Of a stretch of DNA of 59,554 nt, positions 25,726-35,011 are shown piece by piece. This DNA comes from Candidatus Omnitrophota bacterium (GTDB lineage Bacteria; Omnitrophota; Gorgyraeia; Zapsychrales; JBDRMG01). Location of the stretch: assembly GCA_043812495.1 (NCBI GenBank), contig JBDRMG010000043.1, positions 1 to 59,554 on the forward strand, read 5' to 3'. Both the position numbers and the translations under genes were made by a program. How positions within the stretch are numbered: the first letter of the stretch is position 1; every line of letters begins with the position of its first letter. Below the pieces are notes generated by a model. That model ran no database searches. It was not told the origin of the DNA and saw only the letters and a list, made by a program, of their open reading frames with translations.

Positions 25726-26823
25726 TTATTCCATGAATAATGTGATAGCCTTCTTGATGAGTGAACCAGGGATATTTTCTATTACACGCACTTTTCCAAT
25801 TTGCGTCGGCACGACAAATCGATTGCGAGGCCCCTTAAACTTTTTGTCGTGCGCCATCATCGCCAGAATTCGATTCAAGGGAATGGATGTAATTTTTTGC
25901 GGAAGACCGACATTGGTTAATAAGTCGTTCAAGGCTTGGAAGTGTTTTTTTGCTAACAGGTCCATCTCAAGAGCTATGTGCGCAGCGATTCTCATTCCTA
26001 AGCCAATGGCCTCTCCGTGATGATACTTTGTATAGCGGCCGGCGGCTTCAAGGGCGTGACCCGCGGTATGTCCAAAATTCAAGATCGTCCGGATTCCTTT
26101 GATCTCTCGCTCATCGGTCGCAACGACCTTGGCTTTCATCCGGCTGCACGCTAGCACAATTTTCATCAAAACATGCGCATCGTACGATAAAGCTTTCTTG
26201 TAATTCTTTTGTATATAGATAAAAAGATTTTTGTCGCTAATAACGCCGTATTTGATAGCTTCAGCCAAACCATTTCGCATCTGACGCTGACTTAGAGTTG
26301 TTAAGGTCGCGACATCCGACCAGACCATGCGGGGCTGATAAAATGCGCCGATCAGGTTCTTCCCGATAGCAAGATCAATCGCCGTCTTGCCTCCGATCGC
26401 GGAATCAATTTGCGCCAAAAATGTCGTCGGGACCTGAATATAGGGAACACCCCGCTTGTAAACGGCAGCAAGAAAACCTGCCAAATCCCCAATCACGCCG
26501 CCGCCCAAGGCCACAATAAAGATTTTTCGATGGATGTCATACTTCGCGATTCTCTCCAGAAGCCCAACAGCAACCTTGGCGGATTTGCTTTTTTCCGTGT
26601 CCGGTACATGAAAAATTTTAACGGAAAAACCATTTCGTTTTAAACCCGCAATCAATGTTCGGCCATACAGCCGATCGATCATGGGGTTGGTAACAATCAC
26701 CGCATCCTGCCCGCACGCTAAAGACATGATCGCCTCTCCGCACTGGCCCAGACTGTCATAGCCAGTGATAATCGGGTAGGAATTTTTCTTGAGGTTAACG
26801 GTTACGGTCTTAAGAATCGCCAT
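25726..26823 (-). CDS. aroB: 3-dehydroquinate synthase
   Basis: ALGGGVIGDLAGF, QVPTTFLAQIDSAIGGKT, LNFGHTAGHALE. Confidence 0.97.
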   Translation of the reverse strand: MAILKTVTVNLKKNSYPIITGYDSLGQCGEAIMSLACGQDAVIVTNPMIDRLYGRTLIAGLKRNGFSVKIFHVPDTEKSKSAKVAVGLLERIAKYDIHRKIFIVALGGGVIGDLAGFLAAVYKRGVPYIQVPTTFLAQIDSAIGGKTAIDLAIGKNLIGAFYQPRMVWSDVATLTTLSQRQMRNGLAEAIKYGVISDKNLFIYIQKNYKKALSYDAHVLMKIVLACSRMKAKVVATDEREIKGIRTILNFGHTAGHALEAAGRYTKYHHGEAIGLGMRIAAHIALEMDLLAKKHFQALNDLLTNVGLPQKITSIPLNRILAMMAHDKKFKGPRNRFVVPTQIGKVRVIENIPGSLIKKAITLFME

Positions 26824-26849
26824 CCAAAAATCCTCACGCAAAGAAACAA

Positions 26850-27674
26850 CTATAAAACAAGATTAATCCTCTCGACGATTATCACAGGATATTCATAGGT
26901 CTTTTGGGAGTCGTCCATTAATTTTCCCTGCACCCTGGCTTTATAGTGGACGAAATAATCAATAATATGCCGGGGGACTTTTAAATAATAGGCAACTTCT
27001 CCGTCGATCATGAGCTTATAGCGAATATCCCTGTCCGGAACGACGCGACCCAAATCTTCAATATATCCTGTGGCCGCAAATGGTTCGGGTTGTTCTTTCT
27101 TGATGGCTGGTTTCGACTTCGAACGCACCTCAATTTGAGTTTCCGGCGGCTCTTGCTTATTCTGATAAACGCTCCGGCTGGGCAATTGGACGACGCGTGG
27201 CGCAGGAAGTGAATAAGACTTGAGCGCAACAAACTTCTCATTGACCCAGCCAAAACTTTCGTCTGTCGGCTCGATTTTGTACCAATCATCGATCTTGGCC
27301 AGGATATTCACAAGGGCGCCTTCTTTCATTTGCCCCAACACGGTATGCGGCTCACCTTTTCCCGCGCGGATATTGACAAGACTAGTCGTGATCTTCCCTA
27401 TATTTTCTCTGACTCTCTCTACGTATTGGGCGCTAATAAAGGCATCGGCCTGGGAAGGTAATTTGATCTTGTACCAACTGAAACTTTTGCCAACGACGAC
27501 AACCTCATCGTTCTTGTTCAGTTGGCAGAGTCGTTCGTAATTGACGCTTTGGCCCGCGCGCACATTGACGCGGTCCGTCGTCATTTGACCGAGAAAAGGA
27601 AATTTCTCTTCGCCATGGACAGTCTGGCACATACAGCATAGAACCACGGTGAGAAAAATAACCTTTTTGGGCAT
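26850..27674 (-). CDS. Secreted protein with two SH3b domains
   Basis: Signal peptide; VNVRAG...WYKI and VNIRAG...WYKI repeats. Confidence 0.85.
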   Translation of the reverse strand: MPKKVIFLTVVLCCMCQTVHGEEKFPFLGQMTTDRVNVRAGQSVNYERLCQLNKNDEVVVVGKSFSWYKIKLPSQADAFISAQYVERVRENIGKITTSLVNIRAGKGEPHTVLGQMKEGALVNILAKIDDWYKIEPTDESFGWVNEKFVALKSYSLPAPRVVQLPSRSVYQNKQEPPETQIEVRSKSKPAIKKEQPEPFAATGYIEDLGRVVPDRDIRYKLMIDGEVAYYLKVPRHIIDYFVHYKARVQGKLMDDSQKTYEYPVIIVERINLVL

Positions 27675-27689
27675 TTTATAGGAAATAAT

Positions 27690-27938
27690 TTAAGCGGCGG
27701 TTTTTTCTTCAGGCTTGGCTGCTTGGGCGTCCTGGCCTGGTTGGCCTTCTTCGGCTGCTTTTGCCTTTGCCTTCTTAGCCTTAATCTTGACAATCTTCGT
27801 CTTGGGTAAACCAGCGATCGATTGCCCTTCAGACCAAAGACCTTTTTTCATGAGATCTTTGATGCGCTCAATCCGCGTGAGGACGGAGCGCTGCTGCGCC
27901 GTTGCTGAATCAACCTTTAGTGATGGGTGAAGTGACAT
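27690..27938 (-). CDS. PVC-superphylum small basic (signature) protein
   Basis: MSLHPSLK...RSVLTRIERI...GLPKTK matches the small basic protein family of Planctomycetes/Verrucomicrobia/Chlamydiae. Confidence 0.85.
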   Translation of the reverse strand: MSLHPSLKVDSATAQQRSVLTRIERIKDLMKKGLWSEGQSIAGLPKTKIVKIKAKKAKAKAAEEGQPGQDAQAAKPEEKTAA

Positions 27939-28538
27939 TTAGAGTCTCCTGACTAAACAGTCTTTATACTTTCTTTTTAATTGACTTAAATTTTCCTGGG
28001 CATCATTTCTTTGTGAAAAAGATCCGACGCAAACAATCGAAAATTTTCCCTTAGGAAGCACAAAGATTTCATAATGACTGAAACCGTCTTTCTTTAATCG
28101 GCTGGCTTCTTTTTGCGCATACTCTTCTTTTTGAAAAGAGGCAACCTGAATCGTATAGGAATTTTGAGGATTGCTCTTTGGGCTCTCCTCTTTGAGTTGA
28201 GCAAGAATCATTGGCTCTTGTTCGCTTGCATCCTGTTGATCAGACGAAGCTTTAACCCTTTCTGTTGGTTCGGGGAGAATAACTTCGGTTTGAGACACGG
28301 ATTCCTCTGTGGCGGTTTGCGGACTCAGATGAGGTTGGTACACAATTTTCTTACCTTTTTCAACTCCCAAAGAAAATGAAAGAATCATAGTCATCAAAAT
28401 AAAAATACCGCCAATGACAACATTTTCTAACGACAGTCTTAGGTTAGAGAAAAAATAAGGACGTTTGCTGTCCTTAGGTGTTTGGCCCTGCGCATGGGGA
28501 AAGAGTTCGAATTGTGTATGTCTATAATTAATATTCAT
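27939..28538 (-). CDS. SPOR-domain membrane protein
   Basis: TM helix; YTIQVASF...VCVGSF SPOR domain. Confidence 0.88.
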   Translation of the reverse strand: MNINYRHTQFELFPHAQGQTPKDSKRPYFFSNLRLSLENVVIGGIFILMTMILSFSLGVEKGKKIVYQPHLSPQTATEESVSQTEVILPEPTERVKASSDQQDASEQEPMILAQLKEESPKSNPQNSYTIQVASFQKEEYAQKEASRLKKDGFSHYEIFVLPKGKFSIVCVGSFSQRNDAQENLSQLKRKYKDCLVRRL

Positions 28539-28553
28539 ACAAGTATTATAATT

Positions 28554-29606
28554 TTAATCTTCTAGGTAACTCAAGTAATTTCTGAACTTTTTTTGCTTGG
28601 AGAGTTCCGTGAAGGCTTTCACGACAACGGGGTCAAATTGAGTTCCGCTATTGCGTTTCAATTCTCCGAGTGCTTCAGGAATAGATAAGGCCTTTTTGTA
28701 GGGACGCAAACGGATCATGGCTTCAAACGTCGTAACAACAGACATCACCCTTGCGCCGAGAGGGATCTGTTCTTTCTTGAGCCCCAGGGGATAACCTGTC
28801 CCGTCATACTTTTCGTGATGGTAAAGAATGATCGGCAAGACAGGCTTTAAAAAAGCGACAGGCTTAATCAATTCAACGCTCTTGGCGGGGATATCCCGCA
28901 TCAATTGAAATTCTTCGGGAGACAACTGGCTTGACTTCGATAAAATCTCATAGGGCACGTCGATAGAGCCGGCATCGTGCAGCATGCTCGCATATTGAAG
29001 ATTTTGGATTTGCTCTTGCCCCATGTTGAGCTTTTCGGCCAAACTTTTAACAATACGAAAGTAGGCCGGGTCATGGGCGGTCACGCTGGGAGTTCGCTTT
29101 TCAAGTAGTTTTCCGATGGACTTAATGCTTCCCAAAATAATTCTCTGCTGCTCTTCATAGAGTTGCAAATTCTTTATAGCCGTAACAGCCTGCTCGGCAA
29201 TAACAGACAATATTTCCCTGTCAAACTCAGTAAATTTCTTTCCCTTCTTATCTCGGCTGATAAAGATAGCCCCAATATTATCATCCGCAACCAGAGGAAG
29301 TCCGATGAGGCGATGGCGATGAATGGATCGGCCCAAGGCAACTTCTATCTCTTGTTCTGTGATGCGCTTCAAATCTGCTTTTTTCTCAATGAGAACATGG
29401 CCTTTTTGATTATAAATTGAAATGAGTTTAATCTTTTTACTAGTCTCATCGAGCAAATAAATACTGCAGGAACTCGATTTGATGAGCTGGCAAACAAGAC
29501 GCGTCAGACGCAATAAGAGCTCTTTGACATTATACGTCGAATTCACCAAACGATACACCATGTGCACCGCGGAAAGGGCATATTGATATTTTTGTGTCGT
29601 AATCAT
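28554..29606 (-). CDS. GAF + HD-GYP domain protein, apparently degenerate
   Basis: GAF (FTEFDREILSVIAEQ), LHD, HHEKYDGTGYP, RPYK. Confidence 0.88.
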   Translation of the reverse strand: MITTQKYQYALSAVHMVYRLVNSTYNVKELLLRLTRLVCQLIKSSSCSIYLLDETSKKIKLISIYNQKGHVLIEKKADLKRITEQEIEVALGRSIHRHRLIGLPLVADDNIGAIFISRDKKGKKFTEFDREILSVIAEQAVTAIKNLQLYEEQQRIILGSIKSIGKLLEKRTPSVTAHDPAYFRIVKSLAEKLNMGQEQIQNLQYASMLHDAGSIDVPYEILSKSSQLSPEEFQLMRDIPAKSVELIKPVAFLKPVLPIILYHHEKYDGTGYPLGLKKEQIPLGARVMSVVTTFEAMIRLRPYKKALSIPEALGELKRNSGTQFDPVVVKAFTELSKQKKFRNYLSYLED

Positions 29607-29611
29607 CGTGT

Positions 29612-30808
29612 TTAAACTTTCTCGTAAGGATTAAAAAGTCTTTTGTGCTCATCTAAGGCAAATCGATCGGTCATGGATGCGATATAGTTGCAGATAATCT
29701 CATACTTTTCTTTTTTGTTATAGCGCCGGTCTCTTGCGTAAACCGAATACGGCAACTGATTGGGATTCTTTTTATACACGCCAAAAAGATCATCAATAAT
29801 TCTCTTGGCCTTTGATGTCATTCGTTCGACGCGATAGTGATGATAAAGTTTTTTCTCAACCAAAGCCTGCAGCTCCGTTCGCAGCCTGGCCATTTTTTCA
29901 CCGAAATTAATGATTTTTTCTTTGCATGTCTTAGCTTCATCAGCTGAACGGAAATCCTTTCGGCTTAATCGTTGACTGGAGGCCTCCATCAGGTCCTTCA
30001 CCTGCATATCAATCAATTCCTTAACGATTTGATACTTGAGCATATTTTTATCTGCCGAATGGATAAGACCTTTGATCCTTTCTAAGGCCTTCTTCCAGAG
30101 ATCATTATCCGTCAAATCCTGCTCGGTGATACATCCGGATGTTAGGCCGTCATCAATATCATGGTTCAAATAAGCCAAAGAATCGGCAATATCAACAACC
30201 CTGGCTTCCAAAGTCGGCTTATCGGCATCGTCTTCTTGAAAAGTGGGAATATCCGATTTTCTTTTAATATGATGATCATAGGGGGTGTCATGCTTCAGAA
30301 TGCCGATGCGCACCTCTTTGGTGAGATTCAACCCCGGAAAATTGGAATAACGTTTCTCGATTTTCGTCACAATCTCATAACTGCGAAAATTATGATTAAA
30401 ATCCAATTTCTGTGATTTCATCTTCTTATTGAGAATATCTTCGCCGGCATGCCCGAACGGCGCGTGACCTAAATCATGAGCCAGGGCGATCGCTTCAATC
30501 AGGTCCTCATTGAGCCTAAGATTCCGGCCGATGCTTCTTGCGATTTGCGCTACCTCAAGCGAATGCGTCAGCCGCGTGCGATAATAATCTCCTTCAAAAA
30601 TAACAAAGACCTGGGTTTTGTATTCCAACTTTCGAAAGGCCTCGCAATGGACAATCCGATCGCGATCCCGCTGAAAGCATGTGCGCGTGTCGTGCTGGGA
30701 CTCCTTGTAAAAGCGAAGTTGTGAATCTTTGCTTTTCATGGCATACGGAGCCAGCGTCTGAACTTCAAGTACTTCTATTTCTTCGCGTTTGCGTATTGTG
30801 TTAGACAT
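29612..30808 (-). CDS. dgt: Deoxyguanosinetriphosphate triphosphohydrolase (dGTPase)
   Basis: FQRDRDRIVH, RKLEYKTQV, RTRLTHSLEV, HDLGHAPFGHAGE; exact start uncertain (30808 or 30814). Confidence 0.93.
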   Translation of the reverse strand: MSNTIRKREEIEVLEVQTLAPYAMKSKDSQLRFYKESQHDTRTCFQRDRDRIVHCEAFRKLEYKTQVFVIFEGDYYRTRLTHSLEVAQIARSIGRNLRLNEDLIEAIALAHDLGHAPFGHAGEDILNKKMKSQKLDFNHNFRSYEIVTKIEKRYSNFPGLNLTKEVRIGILKHDTPYDHHIKRKSDIPTFQEDDADKPTLEARVVDIADSLAYLNHDIDDGLTSGCITEQDLTDNDLWKKALERIKGLIHSADKNMLKYQIVKELIDMQVKDLMEASSQRLSRKDFRSADEAKTCKEKIINFGEKMARLRTELQALVEKKLYHHYRVERMTSKAKRIIDDLFGVYKKNPNQLPYSVYARDRRYNKKEKYEIICNYIASMTDRFALDEHKRLFNPYEKV

Positions 30809-31266
30809 TTCCAAAGCTCATTAAGCGATTGAGAAATTACTTTTGTTTGGGCAATCACGGGCATAAAATTGATATCTCCGCTCCATCGCGGAACAATATG
30901 AATATGCAAATGGCCGGGAAAACCCGCGCCCGCCACACGCCCGAGATTCATGCCGATATTGTATCCCGCCGGTTGAATAGCCTTGTCGAGAAGCGCCTTG
31001 GTCTTTTCCGCTAAAGACAAAAGATCTAGTTTTTCGTCCCGGCTCAATTTGGCCAATTCCCCCACATGACGATTCGCCACAATAAGGACATGCCCGTTAT
31101 TATACGGATAAATATTGAGAACAGCAAAGGCATGTTGGCTTCGCAAAATAATATAATTTTTTTTATCCTGCTTCGAACGATGAATCCGGCAAAACACGCA
31201 ACCTTTTGTTTTCCGATTCAGCTTTTGAAGATAGGTTACACGCCAGGGCGCCCAGAGTTTATCCAT
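30775..31266 (-). CDS. HIT-family hydrolase (FHIT/Ap4A-like)
   Basis: LWAPWR, CVFC, NIYPYNNGH, HLHIHIVPRW. Confidence 0.95.
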   Translation of the reverse strand: MDKLWAPWRVTYLQKLNRKTKGCVFCRIHRSKQDKKNYIILRSQHAFAVLNIYPYNNGHVLIVANRHVGELAKLSRDEKLDLLSLAEKTKALLDKAIQPAGYNIGMNLGRVAGAGFPGHLHIHIVPRWSGDINFMPVIAQTKVISQSLNELWKCLTQYANAKK

Positions 31267-31747
31267 GATCTGTCCTCACTTTAACAATTTTGCCTTCGAT
31301 GTGATCGTTGATTTCCAGGATACCGTAAGATCGATAGGGCGCAAATATCATATCGTTGGGGCTGCCGGGATTGAAATACAATACACCGTCTATAACTTGG
31401 TTAAAAGGATGATGGGAATGTCCGAAGACAACGACATCCACATGTTCGTTTTTAAATTCTTTTTGCACTGTTTCAAGCAAGTTCTGCGGCGCTCCTTCAC
31501 CGTGAAATAAGCCGATAGAATGCTTCTCTAGTTTTACAATGTCCCGCCGGGGAATTGCGCGACGCACCGAAGATTCATCCATATTGCCATAAACGGCTTT
31601 AACATCTTTGATCTTCTTGAGTTCTGCTATGGAGCTTAGGGAACAAAGATCGCCAACGTGGAAAATGAGATCCACGGCGAGGAAATCGTCGAGCATTTGC
31701 TTCGGTAACGGTCGTGAATGCGTATCCGCCACAACGCCGATTTTCAT
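31259..31747 (-). CDS. YfcE-like metallophosphoesterase
   Basis: DTH, HVGD, GNMD, FHG, GHSH, NPGS. Confidence 0.93.
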   Translation of the reverse strand: MKIGVVADTHSRPLPKQMLDDFLAVDLIFHVGDLCSLSSIAELKKIKDVKAVYGNMDESSVRRAIPRRDIVKLEKHSIGLFHGEGAPQNLLETVQKEFKNEHVDVVVFGHSHHPFNQVIDGVLYFNPGSPNDMIFAPYRSYGILEINDHIEGKIVKVRTDHG

Positions 31748-31764
31748 TATTAGTCTTTCCTCTC

Positions 31765-31948
31765 AATAAGGCCTGCGCTTATGGAATGATAATGCCCGCT
31801 AATTTTCTCAGAATTAAGCGAGGTCTCGTCAATTCGATAGAATCGAATTGACGGAAACATAAGTGCATGGCCGAATTGACCTTGCCCACCAAAATTGTTA
31901 AACAATTTTGGTGTGGCGGGGATTAAGCAAATGCAACTATAATATTTC
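31765..31948. repeat. Family B modular repeat, copy 2
   Basis: Same scaffold as 6896-7070; same first-arm sub-hairpins, different second apical hairpin. Confidence 0.88.
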
Positions 31949-31977
31949 CTTTTGCCGCAAGGTGATTCACAGCGACG

Positions 31978-33618
31978 CTAACGTACAATGTAGGGTTTGT
32001 CGTAAAGACTCAAGAGCGTATTCAACTCGTTTTCGCTCCAAATCCACATTCTTTCCTGTAAGGCCCTCAGGCGAACATTGGCCTCGAGATCGCTCAAGGA
32101 AATAACGACGCGTTTCTGTTTCTTTTGGCTGGTTCTTTTGGATTCAGCTAAGAAGGCATCCATTTCATTCTCGAATAAAGAGCTCTCCTTTAAAATAATA
32201 AACCAGACGTCCTCGGTGGACTCCGCTTTAATGATATCAAAACTCTCATACGTATTTTTCTTTCGATTCATCGGATTAATCTCTCGGAAAAGAGGCAATT
32301 TGTATCTTCGTCCATTGATCGTAAAGGCTTCATTATCAAAGCAGTGCAAAAGCTCAATGATTCTCGCTGATAAGTCTCTTTCGGAAATCAGCGTGAAATC
32401 ATGGACAAGGCTTTCGAGCTCTTTTTGAAAAAGTTCTTTCTGCCGCTGTGTGGTTGAATCGATCATCGACATTCGTTTTTGGAATACATATTTGATCCAA
32501 TATTTAAGTAGCTTATCGACGTAATGATAATAATTGCCATTCTTATCAAGAATGCCCAAATCAATGAGTCGATTCAATTTTTGCGTGATAAATGTTTTCT
32601 TCAGATGCGTGGCGTCCACCAAGTCTTGCAACTTATTCTGGCCATGAGCCAAAGCCAAGAGGAGACGCGGGACGGCGGCGTTCGCCTTGGAAAAGCTCAA
32701 ATGATGCATCATGAGGTCAAAATGGCGGCTCAAGATCCCCCATCGACTGAAAATCGTATTTTCGATGGCCTGGGACAATAATGGCAAATAGACCTCACAT
32801 TGATTATGCAAAATACTCAGACGAATCAACTCCTGACAAAGCATATTGATGTAAAACGGATGACCGCCCGTAAAGTCAATCAGAAAGTTCTTCAAAAGAG
32901 GCTTGATGATAATATTGCGAAGATTATACTCAATAAATTCCTGAGACGTTTTGAGGTCAAAGGGGCCGACGTGGACAACTTCAAAGTGCCCGAATAAAAG
33001 CGATAAGCGTTCAGAAAGAATCTGCTGGGCCACATCCCCTAGAGAACTTGCAACCAAATACAGGCATTTTTTCTGGGTCATGATCTTTTTGCCCAGTTCG
33101 CCAAAAACATTGTTGATGCCAAGCTCCTCGAGATTATGAAACTCATCAAGGATAATCAGGCAGAATTTTCCTGATTCGTTGGCAAAAATCTCCGGTAGCG
33201 AAATCAAGTCGCGATACGCTTCGCTGATCCTTCCTTTCGTCAGGCTGGTTTGAATTTTCTTGATTTCTTCGACGGTCTGCGGAATGTGTTTCTTTGTACT
33301 CTCCAAAAGAAGATTCAAATCGTCATGCAGGGGCAGATTGATGCTCTTAGAGAGATGATACAGAATGCTGCCGGCAAATTTATGAAATACATAGTTTGCA
33401 TCTCTATGATCAAGGTCAAGGTAAAGGGGGATGACGGCATCGTCATCCAAATCAGATAAAAATTTGCGCAATAACGAGGTTTTTCCGATATACCGCGGCC
33501 CCAAGAAAGCGATATTCTGGCGATAACCGTCCTTAAGATCGATGACGCGTCTTTTGAGCAAATCGATTGTTGTCGTCCGGTCAAAAAAATTATTCTCACA
33601 ATCCATCATCAGACTCAT
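31978..33618 (-). CDS. Archaeal-type AAA+ ATPase with winged-helix and divergent C-terminal domain
   Basis: Walker A GPRYIGKT, Walker B IILDEF, TGGHPFY sensor, wHTH-like segment. Confidence 0.8.
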   Translation of the reverse strand: MSLMMDCENNFFDRTTTIDLLKRRVIDLKDGYRQNIAFLGPRYIGKTSLLRKFLSDLDDDAVIPLYLDLDHRDANYVFHKFAGSILYHLSKSINLPLHDDLNLLLESTKKHIPQTVEEIKKIQTSLTKGRISEAYRDLISLPEIFANESGKFCLIILDEFHNLEELGINNVFGELGKKIMTQKKCLYLVASSLGDVAQQILSERLSLLFGHFEVVHVGPFDLKTSQEFIEYNLRNIIIKPLLKNFLIDFTGGHPFYINMLCQELIRLSILHNQCEVYLPLLSQAIENTIFSRWGILSRHFDLMMHHLSFSKANAAVPRLLLALAHGQNKLQDLVDATHLKKTFITQKLNRLIDLGILDKNGNYYHYVDKLLKYWIKYVFQKRMSMIDSTTQRQKELFQKELESLVHDFTLISERDLSARIIELLHCFDNEAFTINGRRYKLPLFREINPMNRKKNTYESFDIIKAESTEDVWFIILKESSLFENEMDAFLAESKRTSQKKQKRVVISLSDLEANVRLRALQERMWIWSENELNTLLSLYDKPYIVR

Positions 33619-34277
33619 GGCAAATAATAGAGCGGGTTGTTCGCTTCGGCGTTTTTTCTAATTTCAAAATGTAAATATGCTAATCGGGTATTTTCTGCAA
33701 CGTTGGCGATAGGCGTCCCCTTGGCAACGGTATCGCCCACATTCGCCAAAAGGGTATTGTTCTGACCATAGACTGTAAAGTAACCGTCTAAGTGATCCAG
33801 GATTATGGTTTTGCCATAACCGCTTAAGCGATCAGCAAAGACGACCCGACCTCCTCGCGAGGCATAAACCGTTTCGCCGGCATCAACTTGAATATTGATT
33901 CCTTTATTAGCACCGCTTTTTGTCCACTGGCCAAAATAAGAAACAACCTTTCCTTTGAGGGGCCAACTGAATTCATCCGGTTTCAAACTATTCTCATCAA
34001 GAAGGACCTGCTGCGCACAGGCGGCCCCGGGGATGAAAATTAACTGACCCTTCTCAATTTGGGCCACATTAGGGATACGATTGGCTTTAATAATTTCATC
34101 CATGGTTACGCCGTAAGTTTGGGCAATACGCCAAATCGTCTCGCCGGCCTGGACGGTATGGTAAGAGCCTTCTTTGCGCGGGGAATGTTCGTACGAGGGA
34201 ACATACTCCGTTGTCGCACAACCCGCCATCAATAGCAAAAACAAGAAAAAGCTAATATATGAATGGTCCTTAAGCAT
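33615..34277 (-). CDS. LysM + M23 peptidase lipoprotein (NlpD-like)
   Basis: Lipobox MAGC, LysM domain, M23 with GINI, ILDH and LHFEIR; the first Zn ligand (HxxxD) appears degenerate. Confidence 0.9.
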   Translation of the reverse strand: MLKDHSYISFFLFLLLMAGCATTEYVPSYEHSPRKEGSYHTVQAGETIWRIAQTYGVTMDEIIKANRIPNVAQIEKGQLIFIPGAACAQQVLLDENSLKPDEFSWPLKGKVVSYFGQWTKSGANKGINIQVDAGETVYASRGGRVVFADRLSGYGKTIILDHLDGYFTVYGQNNTLLANVGDTVAKGTPIANVAENTRLAYLHFEIRKNAEANNPLYYLP

Positions 34278-34292
34278 TGAATAATTATCCTA

Positions 34293-34364
34293 AGCGAGGG
34301 ACGGGAGTTGAACCCGCGACGTCCAGCTTGGGAAGCTGACATTCTACCGCTGAATTACCCTCGC
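34293..34364 (-). tRNA. tRNA-Gly (CCC), CCA not encoded
   Basis: GCGAGGG acceptor stem, anticodon loop TT-CCC-AA, GGTTCAAC T-loop; full cloverleaf folds. Confidence 0.97.
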
Positions 34365-35011
34365 AATTTATTCTCGCAACTCTCAAGAGCTTTCTTAAAT
34401 TCGCGCACTGCACTGCCGGGGTTTTGCGCAAGACAAATATCCCGGCAAACAGCAATGCGTCGAACGCCGCGCACGCTAAGCTCATCCATAATCCGTCGAT
34501 TGATGCCTCCAATCGCAAAGACCGGAATGCGCATCTTTCTCTCAACAGCACTCAGCCATGACAAATCCATGGGTTTGCGCATCGGCTTGGTCAAAGTCTT
34601 AAATACGGAACCAAAACCAATATAGGAAGCCCCTTCGCGTTGTGCTTTAAACGCTTGCTTCAGAGACTGACAAGAAGCGCCGATGAGATATTTGCTTCCC
34701 AAAATATTTCTGGCTGCCTTAATAGAAATATCATCTTGCCCCAGGTGAACACCCGCTGCGTTAGTGGCCAAGGCCATATCAATTCTGTCGTTGATGATCA
34801 AGGGAATTCGGCCTTTGCATATTCTCAAAATTTTCTTAACGCAACCAATCATATCTTTGGCCGAACCTCTTTTATCTCGAAGCTGAATAATATCCACTCC
34901 GTTCTGAAGGGCTGTCTTGGCAATCTCAATAAGGCGATCGTACGCATGAACTTCTGCGTCCAGAATCAGATATAGATTACAATTTTTCGATAATTTTTTT
35001 TTCCAGGTCAT
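34355..35011 (-). CDS. thiE: Thiamine-phosphate synthase
   Basis: IIQLRDK, IINDR, GVHLGQDD, FKTLTK, FAIGGI. Confidence 0.93.
   Translation of the reverse strand: MTWKKKLSKNCNLYLILDAEVHAYDRLIEIAKTALQNGVDIIQLRDKRGSAKDMIGCVKKILRICKGRIPLIINDRIDMALATNAAGVHLGQDDISIKAARNILGSKYLIGASCQSLKQAFKAQREGASYIGFGSVFKTLTKPMRKPMDLSWLSAVERKMRIPVFAIGGINRRIMDELSVRGVRRIAVCRDICLAQNPGSAVREFKKALESCENKLRG

Noticed and set aside
34285-34551. 88-aa minus-strand ORF
   Set aside because: It is an alternative frame across thiE and the tRNA-Gly gene.
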